Positions 14,543 through 24,000 of a stretch of DNA of 24,000 bases are shown piece by piece. Both the position numbers and the translations under genes were made by a program. The DNA is from Histophilus somni (GTDB taxonomy: Bacteria > Pseudomonadota > Gammaproteobacteria > Enterobacterales > Pasteurellaceae), in contig NZ_JACHGQ010000001.1 in NCBI RefSeq assembly GCF_014202395.1, positions 240,311 to 264,310 on the forward strand. Reading direction: 5' to 3'. The notes beneath the pieces are model-generated. The model searched no databases and had not been told where the DNA came from. It saw only the letters and a program-made list of their open reading frames with translations. Positions within the stretch are counted from its first letter, which is position 1. Each line of letters opens with the position of its first letter.

Positions 14543-15856
14543 TTAAATTGCCCAACCGCCAATATAAAAAGCAACCAAAACAATGGCAATGATGACTGTA
14601 CCTACATTAAGTTTTTTCCAATCACCACAAACTAAACGACCGATAACTAAAGTTGCAAAACCTAGCATAATTCCGGTTACAATATTTGCAGTTAGTACAA
14701 TAAATACGCCACAAACCAGTCCGCTCATTGCTCCAACAAAATCGCTAAAATCAAGTTTGCTGACATTGCTTAACATTAATAATCCTACGTACATTAACGC
14801 AGGTGCAGTTGCATAGTTTGGCACCAAACTTGCTAATGGCTGGAAAAATAGCATTAATAAAAACAGTATACCGACAACAATCGCTGTCATACCTGTTTTA
14901 CCCCCAGCAGCAGTTCCGGCGGCAGATTCAATATATACAGCGGCAGGTGCGGTACCAAGTGTCCCAGATAATAAGCTACTTACGGAATCCGCTGTTAATG
15001 CTTTGCCGCCATTGATAATTTGACCATCTTTATCTAATAAATTTGCTTGACCTGCAACTGCACGAATTGTCCCTGTTGCATCAAATACTGCGGTCATTAC
15101 TAAGGCAAAAACAACAGGTAAAATTGCCGGTTGTAATGCTCCCATAATATCCAATTCTAAAAATAAGGATTGTTCACCAAAAGTCGGTAATCTGAAAATT
15201 TCGCCTTTAAACTGTACATTTTGATCCCAAATAAGCCCTGCGATCGTAATTGCGATCATAACCCATAAGATCCCACCTTTGACTTGCATTTTTTCCAAGC
15301 CAATAATTACAGCAAGTCCAACCAAAGACATCAGCACAGAGAAAGACGTAAAATCACCAAACTTAACTAATAAGCCATTTTGATTGGCTACAATAATACC
15401 CACATTCGTTGTAGCGATAAGTAGCAAAAATAAACCGATACCAATACCTGCACCATGTGCAATACTCGACGGAAGATTACGTAAAATCCAAGAGCGAATA
15501 CCTGTTGCAGAAATTAAAGTAAAGACTATCCCCATAAGAAATACCGCACCTAATGCGACAGGAATACTCACACCTTGTCCCAACACTAAGCTAAATGCAG
15601 TAAAGGCGGTTAATGAAATAGCACAACCAATCGCCATCGGTGCATTTGCCCATAAGCCAATTAAAATTGAACCTAATCCTGCTACCAAACAAGTTGCTAT
15701 AAACACACTTTCTGCCGGAAATCCCGCTGCACTCAGCATATTCGGTACAACAATTACTGAATAAACCATAGCCAAGAAGGTTGTTAATCCGGCAATAATT
15801 TCTTGACGTACGTTAGAACCACGTTTCGTCAACTCAAAAGTTTTTTCTAAAGACAT
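14543..15856 (-). CDS. NCS2/AzgA-family purine permease; closest by recall to the guanine/hypoxanthine permeases GhxP/GhxQ (YjcD/YgfQ)
   Basis: 437 aa polytopic protein. The run [30 protein letters not shown]......[34 protein letters not shown] matches recalled E. coli GhxP. A PurR box lies upstream. I start at ATG 15856 (SD AGGGGA), not the track TTG 15874. Confidence 0.88.
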   Translation of the reverse strand: MSLEKTFELTKRGSNVRQEIIAGLTTFLAMVYSVIVVPNMLSAAGFPAESVFIATCLVAGLGSILIGLWANAPMAIGCAISLTAFTAFSLVLGQGVSIPVALGAVFLMGIVFTLISATGIRSWILRNLPSSIAHGAGIGIGLFLLLIATTNVGIIVANQNGLLVKFGDFTSFSVLMSLVGLAVIIGLEKMQVKGGILWVMIAITIAGLIWDQNVQFKGEIFRLPTFGEQSLFLELDIMGALQPAILPVVFALVMTAVFDATGTIRAVAGQANLLDKDGQIINGGKALTADSVSSLLSGTLGTAPAAVYIESAAGTAAGGKTGMTAIVVGILFLLMLFFQPLASLVPNYATAPALMYVGLLMLSNVSKLDFSDFVGAMSGLVCGVFIVLTANIVTGIMLGFATLVIGRLVCGDWKKLNVGTVIIAIVLVAFYIGGWAI

Positions 15857-15922
15857 AGCGTCCCCTATAGGCAAATTAAAATGAATAAAAAAAGTTCGCG
15901 TATTTTACCTGAAACTTTCAAA

Positions 15923-15938
15923 TAGTAAACGTTTGCGT
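15923..15938 (-). promoter_or_regulatory. PurR operator (purine repressor box) upstream of the purine permease
   Basis: The minus strand reads ACGCAAACGTTTACTA, against the pur-box consensus ACGCAAACGTTTTCNT with the central palindromic core GCAAACGTTTAC. It lies 67-82 nt upstream of the permease ATG and overlaps a TACTAT -10-like hexamer. Confidence 0.7.
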
Positions 15939-16037
15939 AAAAGATTTTATCTACTTGTTATGTGAATAAAAAAATCCTATCATGAACGTGAAAAAATCAT
16001 CTATACTGTTGAAAAAATTTATACATACGGAAAAATT

Positions 16038-17324
16038 ATGGAAAAATCTCACTCAATGCTACAACAAATCTTTAGTCGTAATATGCTTATTTGTGTGTTT
16101 ACAGGCTTTAGCTCAGGATTACCTTTTTATATTATCATTTCCTTATTGCCACTTTGGCTACGTAAAGAACACGTAGATTTGGAAACCTTAGGTTATTTTA
16201 CAGCTACAACGCTTCCTTTTACTTGGAAATTTCTATGGTCTCCTTTACTTGATCGTTTTATACCGCCCTTTTTAGGACGGCGTCGAGGTTGGTTACTCAT
16301 TTCGCAAGTTTTACTGCTCATTTCACTCGCTTTCTTCGGTTTTTTACAACCAAGCTCCTCCTTTAATTTACAACTGATTGCAGGTATTGCAGTGCTGGTG
16401 TCTTTCTTTTCGGCAAGTCAGGATATTGTACTTGATGCTTATCGCCGAGAAATTCTCTCTGATCGTGAATTGGGCTTGGGTAATTCTATTCATGTAAATG
16501 CCTATCGTATTGCAGGGCTTGTTCCCGGCTCACTTTCTTTAATTCTGGCAGACTATTTACCTTGGAAAACGGTCTTTTTAATTACCGCACTCTTCATGCT
16601 TCCCGGTATTTTTATGACCTTATTTTTAAGTAAAGAACCTCAAATTCAGCTAAAAAATGACCGCACTTTAAAAGAAAATGTGATCGAACCGTTCAAAGAA
16701 TTTTTTACACGCAAAGGCACGTCTTCCGCACTTGGTATTCTCGCTTTTATTTTTCTCTATAAAATTGGCGATAGTATGGCAACAGCCCTCATTTCGCCGT
16801 TTTATCTCGATATGGGTTATAACATGACCCAAATTGGCATAGTGGTCAAAAATTCTTCCTTGTGGCCGATGCTCATCGCCAGTATTATTGGTGGTGTCAT
16901 CATGCTGAAAATCGGAATTAATCGTGCATTATGGCTTTTTGGTGTTGTACAAATTGTAACAATTTTAGGCTTTGCATGGTTGGCAAAATTAGGCCCATTT
17001 GAAGAAATAGATAATTTTGCTCTGATTTCCCTCAGTTTAGTAGTTGCCGCTGAATATATCGGCATCGGCTTAGGTACTTCTGCCTTTGTCGCCTTTATGG
17101 CACGTGAAACCAATCCGATTTATACCGCCACTCAATTGGCTTTATTTACCAGCTTTGCCGCCTTACCTCGAGTTACCTTCAATACACAAGCAGGCGTTTT
17201 AATCAACTACTTGGGATACTATGACTATTTTTGGTTTTGTTTCTGGTTAGCCATTCCCGGTATGCTTTGCCTATTCTGGGTTGCTCCTTGGAATTCAAAA
17301 GAAGATACACAACAATCAAGATGA
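16038..17324 (+). CDS. ampG: AmpG-family MFS muropeptide (anhydromuropeptide) permease
   Basis: 428 aa. AmpG-like N-terminus (GF.SGLP......LL..WL), LWSPL.DRF..P..GRRRGW.L..Q motif, and 12-14 predicted TM segments. Confidence 0.88.
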   Translation: MEKSHSMLQQIFSRNMLICVFTGFSSGLPFYIIISLLPLWLRKEHVDLETLGYFTATTLPFTWKFLWSPLLDRFIPPFLGRRRGWLLISQVLLLISLAFFGFLQPSSSFNLQLIAGIAVLVSFFSASQDIVLDAYRREILSDRELGLGNSIHVNAYRIAGLVPGSLSLILADYLPWKTVFLITALFMLPGIFMTLFLSKEPQIQLKNDRTLKENVIEPFKEFFTRKGTSSALGILAFIFLYKIGDSMATALISPFYLDMGYNMTQIGIVVKNSSLWPMLIASIIGGVIMLKIGINRALWLFGVVQIVTILGFAWLAKLGPFEEIDNFALISLSLVVAAEYIGIGLGTSAFVAFMARETNPIYTATQLALFTSFAALPRVTFNTQAGVLINYLGYYDYFWFCFWLAIPGMLCLFWVAPWNSKEDTQQSR

Positions 17325-17379
17325 AAGGTGACACTTTTTTTGTTAAAATTCTCCAAATTTTTACTGATCACATGGCATT

Positions 17380-19272
17380 ATGACAAATTATTCAGCACAA
17401 GAAATAACCGTTTTAAAAGATCTTGAACCCGTTCAACTTCGCCCCGGTATGTACACGGATACGTCTCGCCCTAATCATTTAGGGCAAGAAGTTATTGATA
17501 ATAGTGTTGATGAAGCACTTGCAGGGCACGCAACCAAAATTGAAGTTATTTTGTATAAAGACCAATCTCTAGAGGTGATTGATAATGGGCGTGGAATGCC
17601 TGTCGATATTCACCCGACAGAAAAAGTATCCGGTGTTGAAGTTATTTTAACTAAACTTCACGCTGGCGGAAAATTTTCCAATAAGCACTATGAATTTGCA
17701 GGTGGTTTGCATGGTGTGGGTATTTCTGTAGTAAATGCCTTATCTGAGCGTGTAGATATTCAGGTAAAACGTAACGGTGAAATCTATAAAATTGCCTTCG
17801 AAAACGGCGTTAAGGTAGAAGAATTAGAGATTATCGGCACTTGCGGAAAGCGTACAACCGGGACCTCCGTTCACTTCAAACCTAATCCGAAATATTTTGA
17901 TAGTGCTAATTTTTCAGTCAGTCGCTTACGTCATTTATTGCGTGCTAAAGCAGTTTTATGTTCAGGATTAGAAATTAAATTTATCGATAAAATCAATAAC
18001 ACTGAGGATACTTGGTTATACCAAGACGGTTTATCTGATTATTTAATGGAAAATGTTAATGGTTATAACCTCTTGCCACAAACCCCTTTTGTCGGTGATT
18101 TTACGACGAATAAAGAAGCGGCAAGTTGGGCATTATTATGGTTACCTGAGGGAGGCGAATTACTTAACGAAAGCTATGTCAACCTTATTCCAACCATTCA
18201 GGGAGGTACTCATGTCAATGGCTTACGTCAAGGTTTGCTTGATGCTATGCGTGAATTTTGTGAGTTTCGTAACCTATTACCCAAAAATGTCAAATTAACC
18301 GCTGACGATATTTGGGATCGCTGTGCTTATGTGTTATCAGTAAAAATGCACGATGCACAATTTGCAGGTCAAACCAAAGAACGACTTTCCTCTCGTCAAA
18401 GTGCGGTCTTTGTTGGCGGCGTTGTAAAAGATAGTTTCAGTTTATGGCTAAATCAAAATATTCAAGATGCCGAAGAACTTGCAAAAATGGTGATAAGTTC
18501 AGCGGAAAGACGTTTACGTGCAGCAAAAAAAGTTGTGCGTAAAAAATTAGTCAGTGGTCCTGCTTTACCCGGAAAATTAGCGGATTGTAGTGAACAAGAT
18601 TTAAGTAAAACGGAGCTTTTTTTAGTAGAAGGAGATTCTGCCGGTGGCTCAGCCAAACAAGCTCGCAACCGTGAACATCAAGCAATTCTCCCATTACGGG
18701 GAAAAATTTTAAACACATGGGAAGTTTCACCGGATCAAGTTTTACGTTCACAAGAAGTTCATGATATTGCTATTGCATTAGGAATTGATCCTGACAACGA
18801 AGATTTATCTCAATTACGCTATGGTAAAGTTTGTATATTAGCCGATGCCGACTCTGACGGATTACATATCGCCACATTACTTTGTGCTTTATTTTTACGT
18901 CATTTTCCAAAATTAGTGCAAAATGGCCATGTTTATGTCGCAATGCCGCCACTTTATCGTATAGATTTAGGTAATGAAGTTTTTTATGCTCTTGATGAAA
19001 ACGAAAAAGAGAGCATTTTGGCACGCTTAAAAAATAAGAGAGGCAAACTCAATGTTCAGCGTTTCAAAGGGCTAGGTGAAATGAATCCTAATCAGCTACG
19101 TGAAACTACAATGGATCCAAACACTCGCCGTTTGGTGCAATTAACCTACGAACCCCACGAAGAAGATCTATCCACGTTAGAATTGATGGATATGTTATTA
19201 GCTAAAAAACGTTCCGAAGATCGGAAAATTTGGTTACAAAATAACGGTGATCAAGTAGATTTAACTGCTTGA
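17380..19272 (+). CDS. parE: DNA topoisomerase IV subunit B
   Basis: 630 aa, a length typical of ParE rather than the roughly 800-aa GyrB. Contains LEPVQLRPGMYTDT, the GHKL ATPase motifs, EGDSAGG and the Toprim DADSDGLHI. Directly upstream of parC. Confidence 0.96.
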   Translation: MTNYSAQEITVLKDLEPVQLRPGMYTDTSRPNHLGQEVIDNSVDEALAGHATKIEVILYKDQSLEVIDNGRGMPVDIHPTEKVSGVEVILTKLHAGGKFSNKHYEFAGGLHGVGISVVNALSERVDIQVKRNGEIYKIAFENGVKVEELEIIGTCGKRTTGTSVHFKPNPKYFDSANFSVSRLRHLLRAKAVLCSGLEIKFIDKINNTEDTWLYQDGLSDYLMENVNGYNLLPQTPFVGDFTTNKEAASWALLWLPEGGELLNESYVNLIPTIQGGTHVNGLRQGLLDAMREFCEFRNLLPKNVKLTADDIWDRCAYVLSVKMHDAQFAGQTKERLSSRQSAVFVGGVVKDSFSLWLNQNIQDAEELAKMVISSAERRLRAAKKVVRKKLVSGPALPGKLADCSEQDLSKTELFLVEGDSAGGSAKQARNREHQAILPLRGKILNTWEVSPDQVLRSQEVHDIAIALGIDPDNEDLSQLRYGKVCILADADSDGLHIATLLCALFLRHFPKLVQNGHVYVAMPPLYRIDLGNEVFYALDENEKESILARLKNKRGKLNVQRFKGLGEMNPNQLRETTMDPNTRRLVQLTYEPHEEDLSTLELMDMLLAKKRSEDRKIWLQNNGDQVDLTA

Positions 19273-19293
19273 CTTAGTTTATAAAATACGTTC

Positions 19294-19344
19294 AAAAGTG
19301 CGGTCATTTTTCAAATTTTTTCACTCTCAATACCGCACTTTTTT
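19294..19344 (+). terminator. USS inverted pair forming a long-loop hairpin plus T-run between parE and parC (weak or partial terminator)
   Basis: AAAAGTGCGGT (19294-19304) and ACCGCACTTTT (19332-19342) give an 11-bp stem with a 27-nt loop, followed by further T. Confidence 0.4.
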
Positions 19345-19370
19345 ATCATTAAAATATAAAAGATAACATT

Positions 19371-21617
19371 ATGAAAACTGAGATGAATTACGAAGGCATT
19401 GAACAAATGCCACTCCGCCAGTTTACGGAAAAAGCCTATTTAAATTACTCCATGTATGTCATCATGGATCGAGCCTTACCTTTTATTGGCGATGGGCTAA
19501 AACCTGTTCAACGCCGTATTATTTATGCAATGTCTGAGTTGGGACTCAATGCGAGTGCAAAATATAAAAAATCTGCACGTACTGTTGGTGATGTGTTGGG
19601 GAAATTCCACCCGCATGGCGATAGTGCTTGTTATGAAGCAATGGTACTGATGGCACAACCTTTCTCTTATCGTTATCCTCTCGTGGACGGTCAAGGCAAC
19701 TGGGGGGCACCTGATGATCCTAAGTCCTTTGCCGCCATGCGTTATACTGAATCTCGCTTATCAAAAATTTCGGAAATTTTATTATCTGAATTAGGACAAG
19801 GCACAGTCAATTATCAAGCCAACTTTGATGGCACATTAGAAGAACCGCAATATTTACCTGCACGCTTACCTCATATTTTACTCAACGGCACAACAGGAAT
19901 CGCTGTAGGTATGGCAACGGATATTCCACCGCACAATCTTAATGAAGTTGCCGATGCCACAATTATGCTATTAGATAATCCTAATGCAGATTTAGATCAA
20001 TTGATGACCGCACTACAAGGTCCTGATTTTCCAACTGAAGCGGAAATTATTTCACCGAAAGAAGAAATTCGTAAAATTTACGAACAGGGACGTGGCTCAA
20101 TTAAAATGCGTGCGGTATGGAAAAAAGAAAATGGCGAAATAATTATTACCGCACTTCCTCATCAATCTTCTCCGTCAAAAATTGTGGCACAAATTGCCGA
20201 GCAGATGCAGAATAAAAAACTGCCAATGGTAGAAGATATTCGTGATGAAGCGGATCATGAAAATCCAATTAGATTGGTCATCGTTCCTCGATCAAATCGA
20301 GTAGATACAGATGCACTTATGGCTCATTTATTTGCCACAACTGATTTAGAAAAAAGTTATCGTGTTAACATGAACATGATTGGCTTGGACAATAAACCCG
20401 CGGTAAAAAATCTTGTTCAAATTCTAACGGAATGGCTAACCTTCCGTCGTCAAACGGTGACTCGTCGCTTACAATACCGTTTAGATAAAGTGTTAGCTCG
20501 TTTACATATTTTAGACGGCCTACTCATCGCTTTTTTAAATATTGATGAGATTATTGAAATTATCCGTAATGAGGATAAACCCAAAGAAATATTAATCGCA
20601 CGCTTTAATTTAACAGATGAACAAGCAGAAGCGATTTTAAATTTACGCTTACGCCATTTAGCCAAATTAGAAGAACAAGAATTGCAAGCTGAAAAAAATA
20701 ATTTAGCAAAAGAACGGAACAGTTTAGAGCAAATATTAAACTCTGAAATTCGCTTAAATAATTTAATTAAAAAAGAAATTCAGCAAGATGCGAAAACTTT
20801 CGCAAGCCCTCGCCTATCGCCTTTAGTAGAACGTGCTGAGGCAAAAGCAATTTCTGAAACAGATATGACACCGAGCGAACCGATTACAATTATCTTATCG
20901 GAAATGGGTTGGGTACGTTGTGCAAAGGGACATGATATTAATGCACGGGCTTTGAGCTACAAGACCGGTGATAACTATTTGACCCATGCCTGCGGTAAAA
21001 GCAATCAGCCGGTGGTCTTTATTGATAGCACAGGACGTAGCTACACTTTAGATCCGCTTTCCTTACCTTCTGCCCGATCACAGGGAGAACCGCTTACAGG
21101 AAAATTGACCTTACCTAGCGGTGCTACTATTGAACATTTACTGATAGAAAACGAAAATCAATCTTTGCTTATGGCATCTGATGCAGGATATGGATTTATT
21201 TGTAAATTTGAAGATTTGGTATCTCGCAATAAGGCAGGAAAAGCGGTTATTTCCCTACCGGAAAATGCCAACGTACTACCTCCATTAGTTTTGCAAAATT
21301 CTACCGCACTTTTGGTCGCTTTAACTTCCATGAATAGAATGCTGGTTTTTCCTGTTGCCGACTTACCTGAATTATCCAAAGGTAAAGGCAACAAAATCAT
21401 TCATATTCCCGCTGCAAATGCTAAAGAGCGGTCAGAATTATTGGTCAAATTATTCTTGATCAGCGAAAAAACCAGTCTTGTCTTTCATGCTGGAAAACGA
21501 AAAGTCACCTTAAAACCGGAGGATATACAAAAATTTCGTGCGGAGCGAGGTCGCAAAGGATCGCCTCTACCGAGAGGATTACATAACGGTGTGACTATTG
21601 AACTTATTGATAGTTAG
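19371..21617 (+). CDS. parC: DNA topoisomerase IV subunit A
   Basis: 748 aa. The N-terminus [37 protein letters not shown] matches recalled E. coli ParC. Active-site context AAMRYTE. Length and parE adjacency separate it from GyrA. Confidence 0.96.
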   Translation: MKTEMNYEGIEQMPLRQFTEKAYLNYSMYVIMDRALPFIGDGLKPVQRRIIYAMSELGLNASAKYKKSARTVGDVLGKFHPHGDSACYEAMVLMAQPFSYRYPLVDGQGNWGAPDDPKSFAAMRYTESRLSKISEILLSELGQGTVNYQANFDGTLEEPQYLPARLPHILLNGTTGIAVGMATDIPPHNLNEVADATIMLLDNPNADLDQLMTALQGPDFPTEAEIISPKEEIRKIYEQGRGSIKMRAVWKKENGEIIITALPHQSSPSKIVAQIAEQMQNKKLPMVEDIRDEADHENPIRLVIVPRSNRVDTDALMAHLFATTDLEKSYRVNMNMIGLDNKPAVKNLVQILTEWLTFRRQTVTRRLQYRLDKVLARLHILDGLLIAFLNIDEIIEIIRNEDKPKEILIARFNLTDEQAEAILNLRLRHLAKLEEQELQAEKNNLAKERNSLEQILNSEIRLNNLIKKEIQQDAKTFASPRLSPLVERAEAKAISETDMTPSEPITIILSEMGWVRCAKGHDINARALSYKTGDNYLTHACGKSNQPVVFIDSTGRSYTLDPLSLPSARSQGEPLTGKLTLPSGATIEHLLIENENQSLLMASDAGYGFICKFEDLVSRNKAGKAVISLPENANVLPPLVLQNSTALLVALTSMNRMLVFPVADLPELSKGKGNKIIHIPAANAKERSELLVKLFLISEKTSLVFHAGKRKVTLKPEDIQKFRAERGRKGSPLPRGLHNGVTIELIDS

Positions 21618-21736
21618 GAATAATTTCTGATATTGATAGAAATAGGCTTTTTTCGTTGTAACAATGCTAAAAATCTTGTACCAAATGAGTTAGAATATCG
21701 CTACTTTTTTATTAACAAAACAAAAGGAAAATAAAT

Positions 21737-22000
21737 ATGTACGTTGTTATTTTTGGTCGTTCAGGTTGCCCGTATTGTGTTCGTGCAAAAAACTTAGCGG
21801 AAAAATTAAAAAATACCCTTGAAGACTTCGATTATCGTTATATTGATATTGTTGCTGAAGGTATTAGTAAAGCGGATCTATCATTGTCTGTCGGTAAACC
21901 GGTAGAAACTGTGCCGCAAATTTTCATTGATGAAAAACCTATTGGCGGTTGCACAGATTTCGAAGCATTGATGAAAGCACAATTTAATGTTGTCGCTTAA
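21737..22000 (+). CDS. grxA: Glutaredoxin 1
   Basis: 87 aa. VIFGRSGCPYCVRAK (CPYC active site) and GKPVETVPQIFID...IGG.TDF closely match recalled E. coli GrxA. Confidence 0.93.
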   Translation: MYVVIFGRSGCPYCVRAKNLAEKLKNTLEDFDYRYIDIVAEGISKADLSLSVGKPVETVPQIFIDEKPIGGCTDFEALMKAQFNVVA

Positions 22001-22020
22001 GAGTAAAAATTGGTCATTTT

Positions 22021-22067
22021 AATCTGCACTCTAACAGTTTAACAGACTTATTAAAGTGCAGATTTTT
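22021..22067. terminator. Hairpin terminator between the convergent grxA and ycjF genes
   Basis: AATCTGCACT (22021-22030) and AGTGCAGATT (22055-22064) give a 10-bp stem with a 24-nt loop, followed by T-run 22063-22067. Confidence 0.55.
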
Positions 22068-22107
22068 ATGTATATAATCTTTGCTTTTTGAAGCTAATAA
22101 ATTATTT

Positions 22108-23181
22108 CTACCGCACTTTCTCTTTCACTTTATTGGCACTAAATAAAGTCGTCTTTAATGTTCCCAATAATTCTGTTTGGATATAACTTAAACGCAATTT
22201 CTCCTCTGGAGCAACGGCTATAGGGCGACAAAATTCCATCGCTTTAATACCTAAGCGTGCAGTAAGTATGCCCACGCCAATCCCTTGAGCAACTCGTGCG
22301 GATAATTTTGCTGTTATATCTTGAGATAACCATTCTAAACCGAGATCTTGAATGACGTCTGCCGCACCGGCAAATGCCATATTAACAAAAACCATACGTA
22401 ACAAACGGAGACGACTAACATAGCCCAACTCAATACCATAAAGTTTTGCTAATTGATTAATCAAACGAATATTACGCCAAGCGATAAAGAACATGTCCAC
22501 AATGGCTAAAGGGCTAACTGCCACAATCAATGCACTTTCAACGGCATTTTTGCTAATAAGTTTCTTCGCTACCCGATCAAAAGGTATTAGTACATTTTGA
22601 CTAAATAAACGCAGAATTTCTTGTTCAGTGTAAGCTTCATGAACTTGTTCTTGCCAAGCAATGAGTTGTGGCGATTTATCATCAATTCCCATAAGCGAGG
22701 CAATTTTTAAACACAACTCTTTGCCCTCAGAAGAAACCTCAGTTAAATTAACCGCACTTTTTGAGCGAATTTCTCGGCTTTTTTCTTGTAATATCAAACG
22801 CTTTTTTAGTTGAACTAAACGTCGCCATTCTTTTATTATTGTTCCAAGCCCTAACAAAACCAAAAATAAACTGACCATAGCAAAAACAAAAGCAATCCAT
22901 TGATTATCCCGCCAACTATCAACCAACCATTGCACCGATTGAGCCAAAATGCCACAGCTAAACAAACAGATCGTAGCCATGAGCAATTTTTGCCACATTG
23001 TCACTTTTGGTCTAACCATATGCTGAAAAGGAATATCTGTATTTTGCCGATCCATTGTTGTTTCAAATTGAGAGCAGTCCATTTCTATATCTAATTCGTC
23101 TTGCTCAAATTCTTGTTTAGGCTCAAAATTTTCTGTGATTTTTTGCTCAACATCTTCTTGTTGAAAAACCTTTTTTGGCAT
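22108..23181 (-). CDS. ycjF: UPF0283 inner-membrane protein YcjF
   Basis: 357 aa. Acidic N-terminus, two central TM helices, then a conserved C-terminal domain (SPLA..D......WRN.R.I..LA..YG.ELGY.SR.RL...V). Starts 9 nt after the ycjX stop, as in the enteric ycjXF pair. Confidence 0.85.
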   Translation of the reverse strand: MPKKVFQQEDVEQKITENFEPKQEFEQDELDIEMDCSQFETTMDRQNTDIPFQHMVRPKVTMWQKLLMATICLFSCGILAQSVQWLVDSWRDNQWIAFVFAMVSLFLVLLGLGTIIKEWRRLVQLKKRLILQEKSREIRSKSAVNLTEVSSEGKELCLKIASLMGIDDKSPQLIAWQEQVHEAYTEQEILRLFSQNVLIPFDRVAKKLISKNAVESALIVAVSPLAIVDMFFIAWRNIRLINQLAKLYGIELGYVSRLRLLRMVFVNMAFAGAADVIQDLGLEWLSQDITAKLSARVAQGIGVGILTARLGIKAMEFCRPIAVAPEEKLRLSYIQTELLGTLKTTLFSANKVKEKVR

Positions 23182-23190
23182 ATTTATATC

Positions 23191-24000
23191 CTAATCTAAC
23201 TTGTCTGCTAATAAAAATTGTAAGACAGCATCCATACGTAAATGGGCGATTGGCTCACCATTTTCCACTGTAAGAGGTTCGAATTGATCAAACGCAAAAT
23301 GATACTTCTGCCAAAAGTCTGCATGAGGCAATTTACTCGGTACACTTCCGGGATATACAACAATTTTTTTCTTATCTATTGATCTAATTCCTTGTAATGC
23401 TTTGATCTTTTGTCCATTTTGCGTTACTTGTACTTGTTGAGTAGAACGAATGGCGGAAATTGCAGTATATTCAGTATCTATTCCTTCATATTCTACGTAA
23501 CGCCCTCCCTCTTGTACTAATTGACGCATTAAACTCACTAAATTCGGAAATTGCTCCAATGTAATGTGATCCGCTTTGGTCGCAATAAACATTAATTTAT
23601 CAATTTTTGGCGAAAACAAACGATTGAATAAAGTTCGCTTGCCATAATGGAAATTTTTGAATAGTTGCTGTAAAGCATTTTGCATATCCTGAAACGCTTG
23701 GCGACCATAATTAAGTGGTGTTAAGCAATCCGCTAAAATCACCTGACGATCAAAAGTAGAAAAATATTCTTGATAAAAACCTTTCACTATTTTTTGTTGA
23801 TAATGATGATAACGCTTGCTCAACATCGCAAAATAACTGTCAGATTTAGACCGCTCTTTTAGTCTTTTCCACTCTTGCTCAGTTAAATGAACCAGAGGAA
23901 AAAATTGTAATACCGGAGCACCTTTTAATTCACCGGGTAGCACAAAGCGTCCTGGTTGTGTTAAATGAAATCCCTGTTTTTTACAAGCAAATAAGAATTC
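23191..24000 (-). CDS. ycjX: YcjX-like P-loop NTPase (conserved stress-associated protein), 5'-truncated by the window edge
   Basis: The frame stays open from 23943 to position 24000 (upstream residues EFLFACKKQGFHLTQPGRF precede the track GVLPGE start), so the track GTG start is an artefact. C-terminal half of the YcjX family, immediately upstream of ycjF. Confidence 0.8.
   Translation of the reverse strand, partial: EFLFACKKQGFHLTQPGRFVLPGELKGAPVLQFFPLVHLTEQEWKRLKERSKSDSYFAMLSKRYHHYQQKIVKGFYQEYFSTFDRQVILADCLTPLNYGRQAFQDMQNALQQLFKNFHYGKRTLFNRLFSPKIDKLMFIATKADHITLEQFPNLVSLMRQLVQEGGRYVEYEGIDTEYTAISAIRSTQQVQVTQNGQKIKALQGIRSIDKKKIVVYPGSVPSKLPHADFWQKYHFAFDQFEPLTVENGEPIAHLRMDAVLQFLLADKLD

Noticed and set aside
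14583-15764. Plus-strand ORFs inside the purine permease gene (14583..14816, 14803..15015 and 15384..15764, the last 126 aa)
   Set aside because: They are mirror-frame ORFs opposite a hydrophobic membrane-protein gene. They have no start context and no recognisable family.
15982-16176. 64-aa ORF overlapping the start of ampG in another frame
   Set aside because: It overlaps the much longer AmpG-family ORF, has no SD and resembles no known family.
23941-23943. GTG at 23943 as the start of the ycjX-like ORF (250-aa version in the track)
   Set aside because: The reading frame continues without a stop to the window edge (24000), and full-length YcjX proteins are roughly 460 aa. The gene is truncated by the window, not short.

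Overview
This window looks like a Pasteurellaceae chromosome segment. It is AT-rich, and the 9-mer Hin-type uptake signal sequence AAGTGCGGT/ACCGCACTT occurs 15 times as a perfect match, often as inverted pairs that form terminators. Gene order: torY-torZ (pentahaem cytochrome plus Tat-exported molybdoenzyme S-/N-oxide reductase), ycgL and yfbV on the minus strand, ackA-pta, and a tryptophanase cluster (an unannotated tnaC leader peptide, tnaA, tnaB). Next comes a short accessory stretch with a divergent class-1 dihydroorotate-dehydrogenase-like flavoenzyme gene and a small trimeric autotransporter adhesin gene. After that: a purine permease (minus strand) with a PurR box, ampG, parE-parC, grxA, and ycjF plus a 5'-truncated ycjX on the minus strand. 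I saw no rRNA, tRNA, CRISPR, IS, integrase or prophage genes, and no convincing multi-gene novel system such as a defence or toxin-antitoxin module. The most interesting signals are regulatory. (1) A perfect TTGACA/TATAAT promoter has a 16-bp spacer that is mostly an 11-C homopolymer. It follows about 100 bp of helically phased T-tracts and sits upstream of the adhesin gene, so it is a predicted phase-variable contingency locus. (2) A 28-codon TnaC-like leader has the W-x3-D-x7-P stalling signature, five more codons after the Pro, and only 50 nt before tnaA, with an anti-SD/SD complementarity. (3) The DHOD-like gene is bracketed by orphan terminators. All calls come from reading the sequence and recalling protein families; no searches were run.
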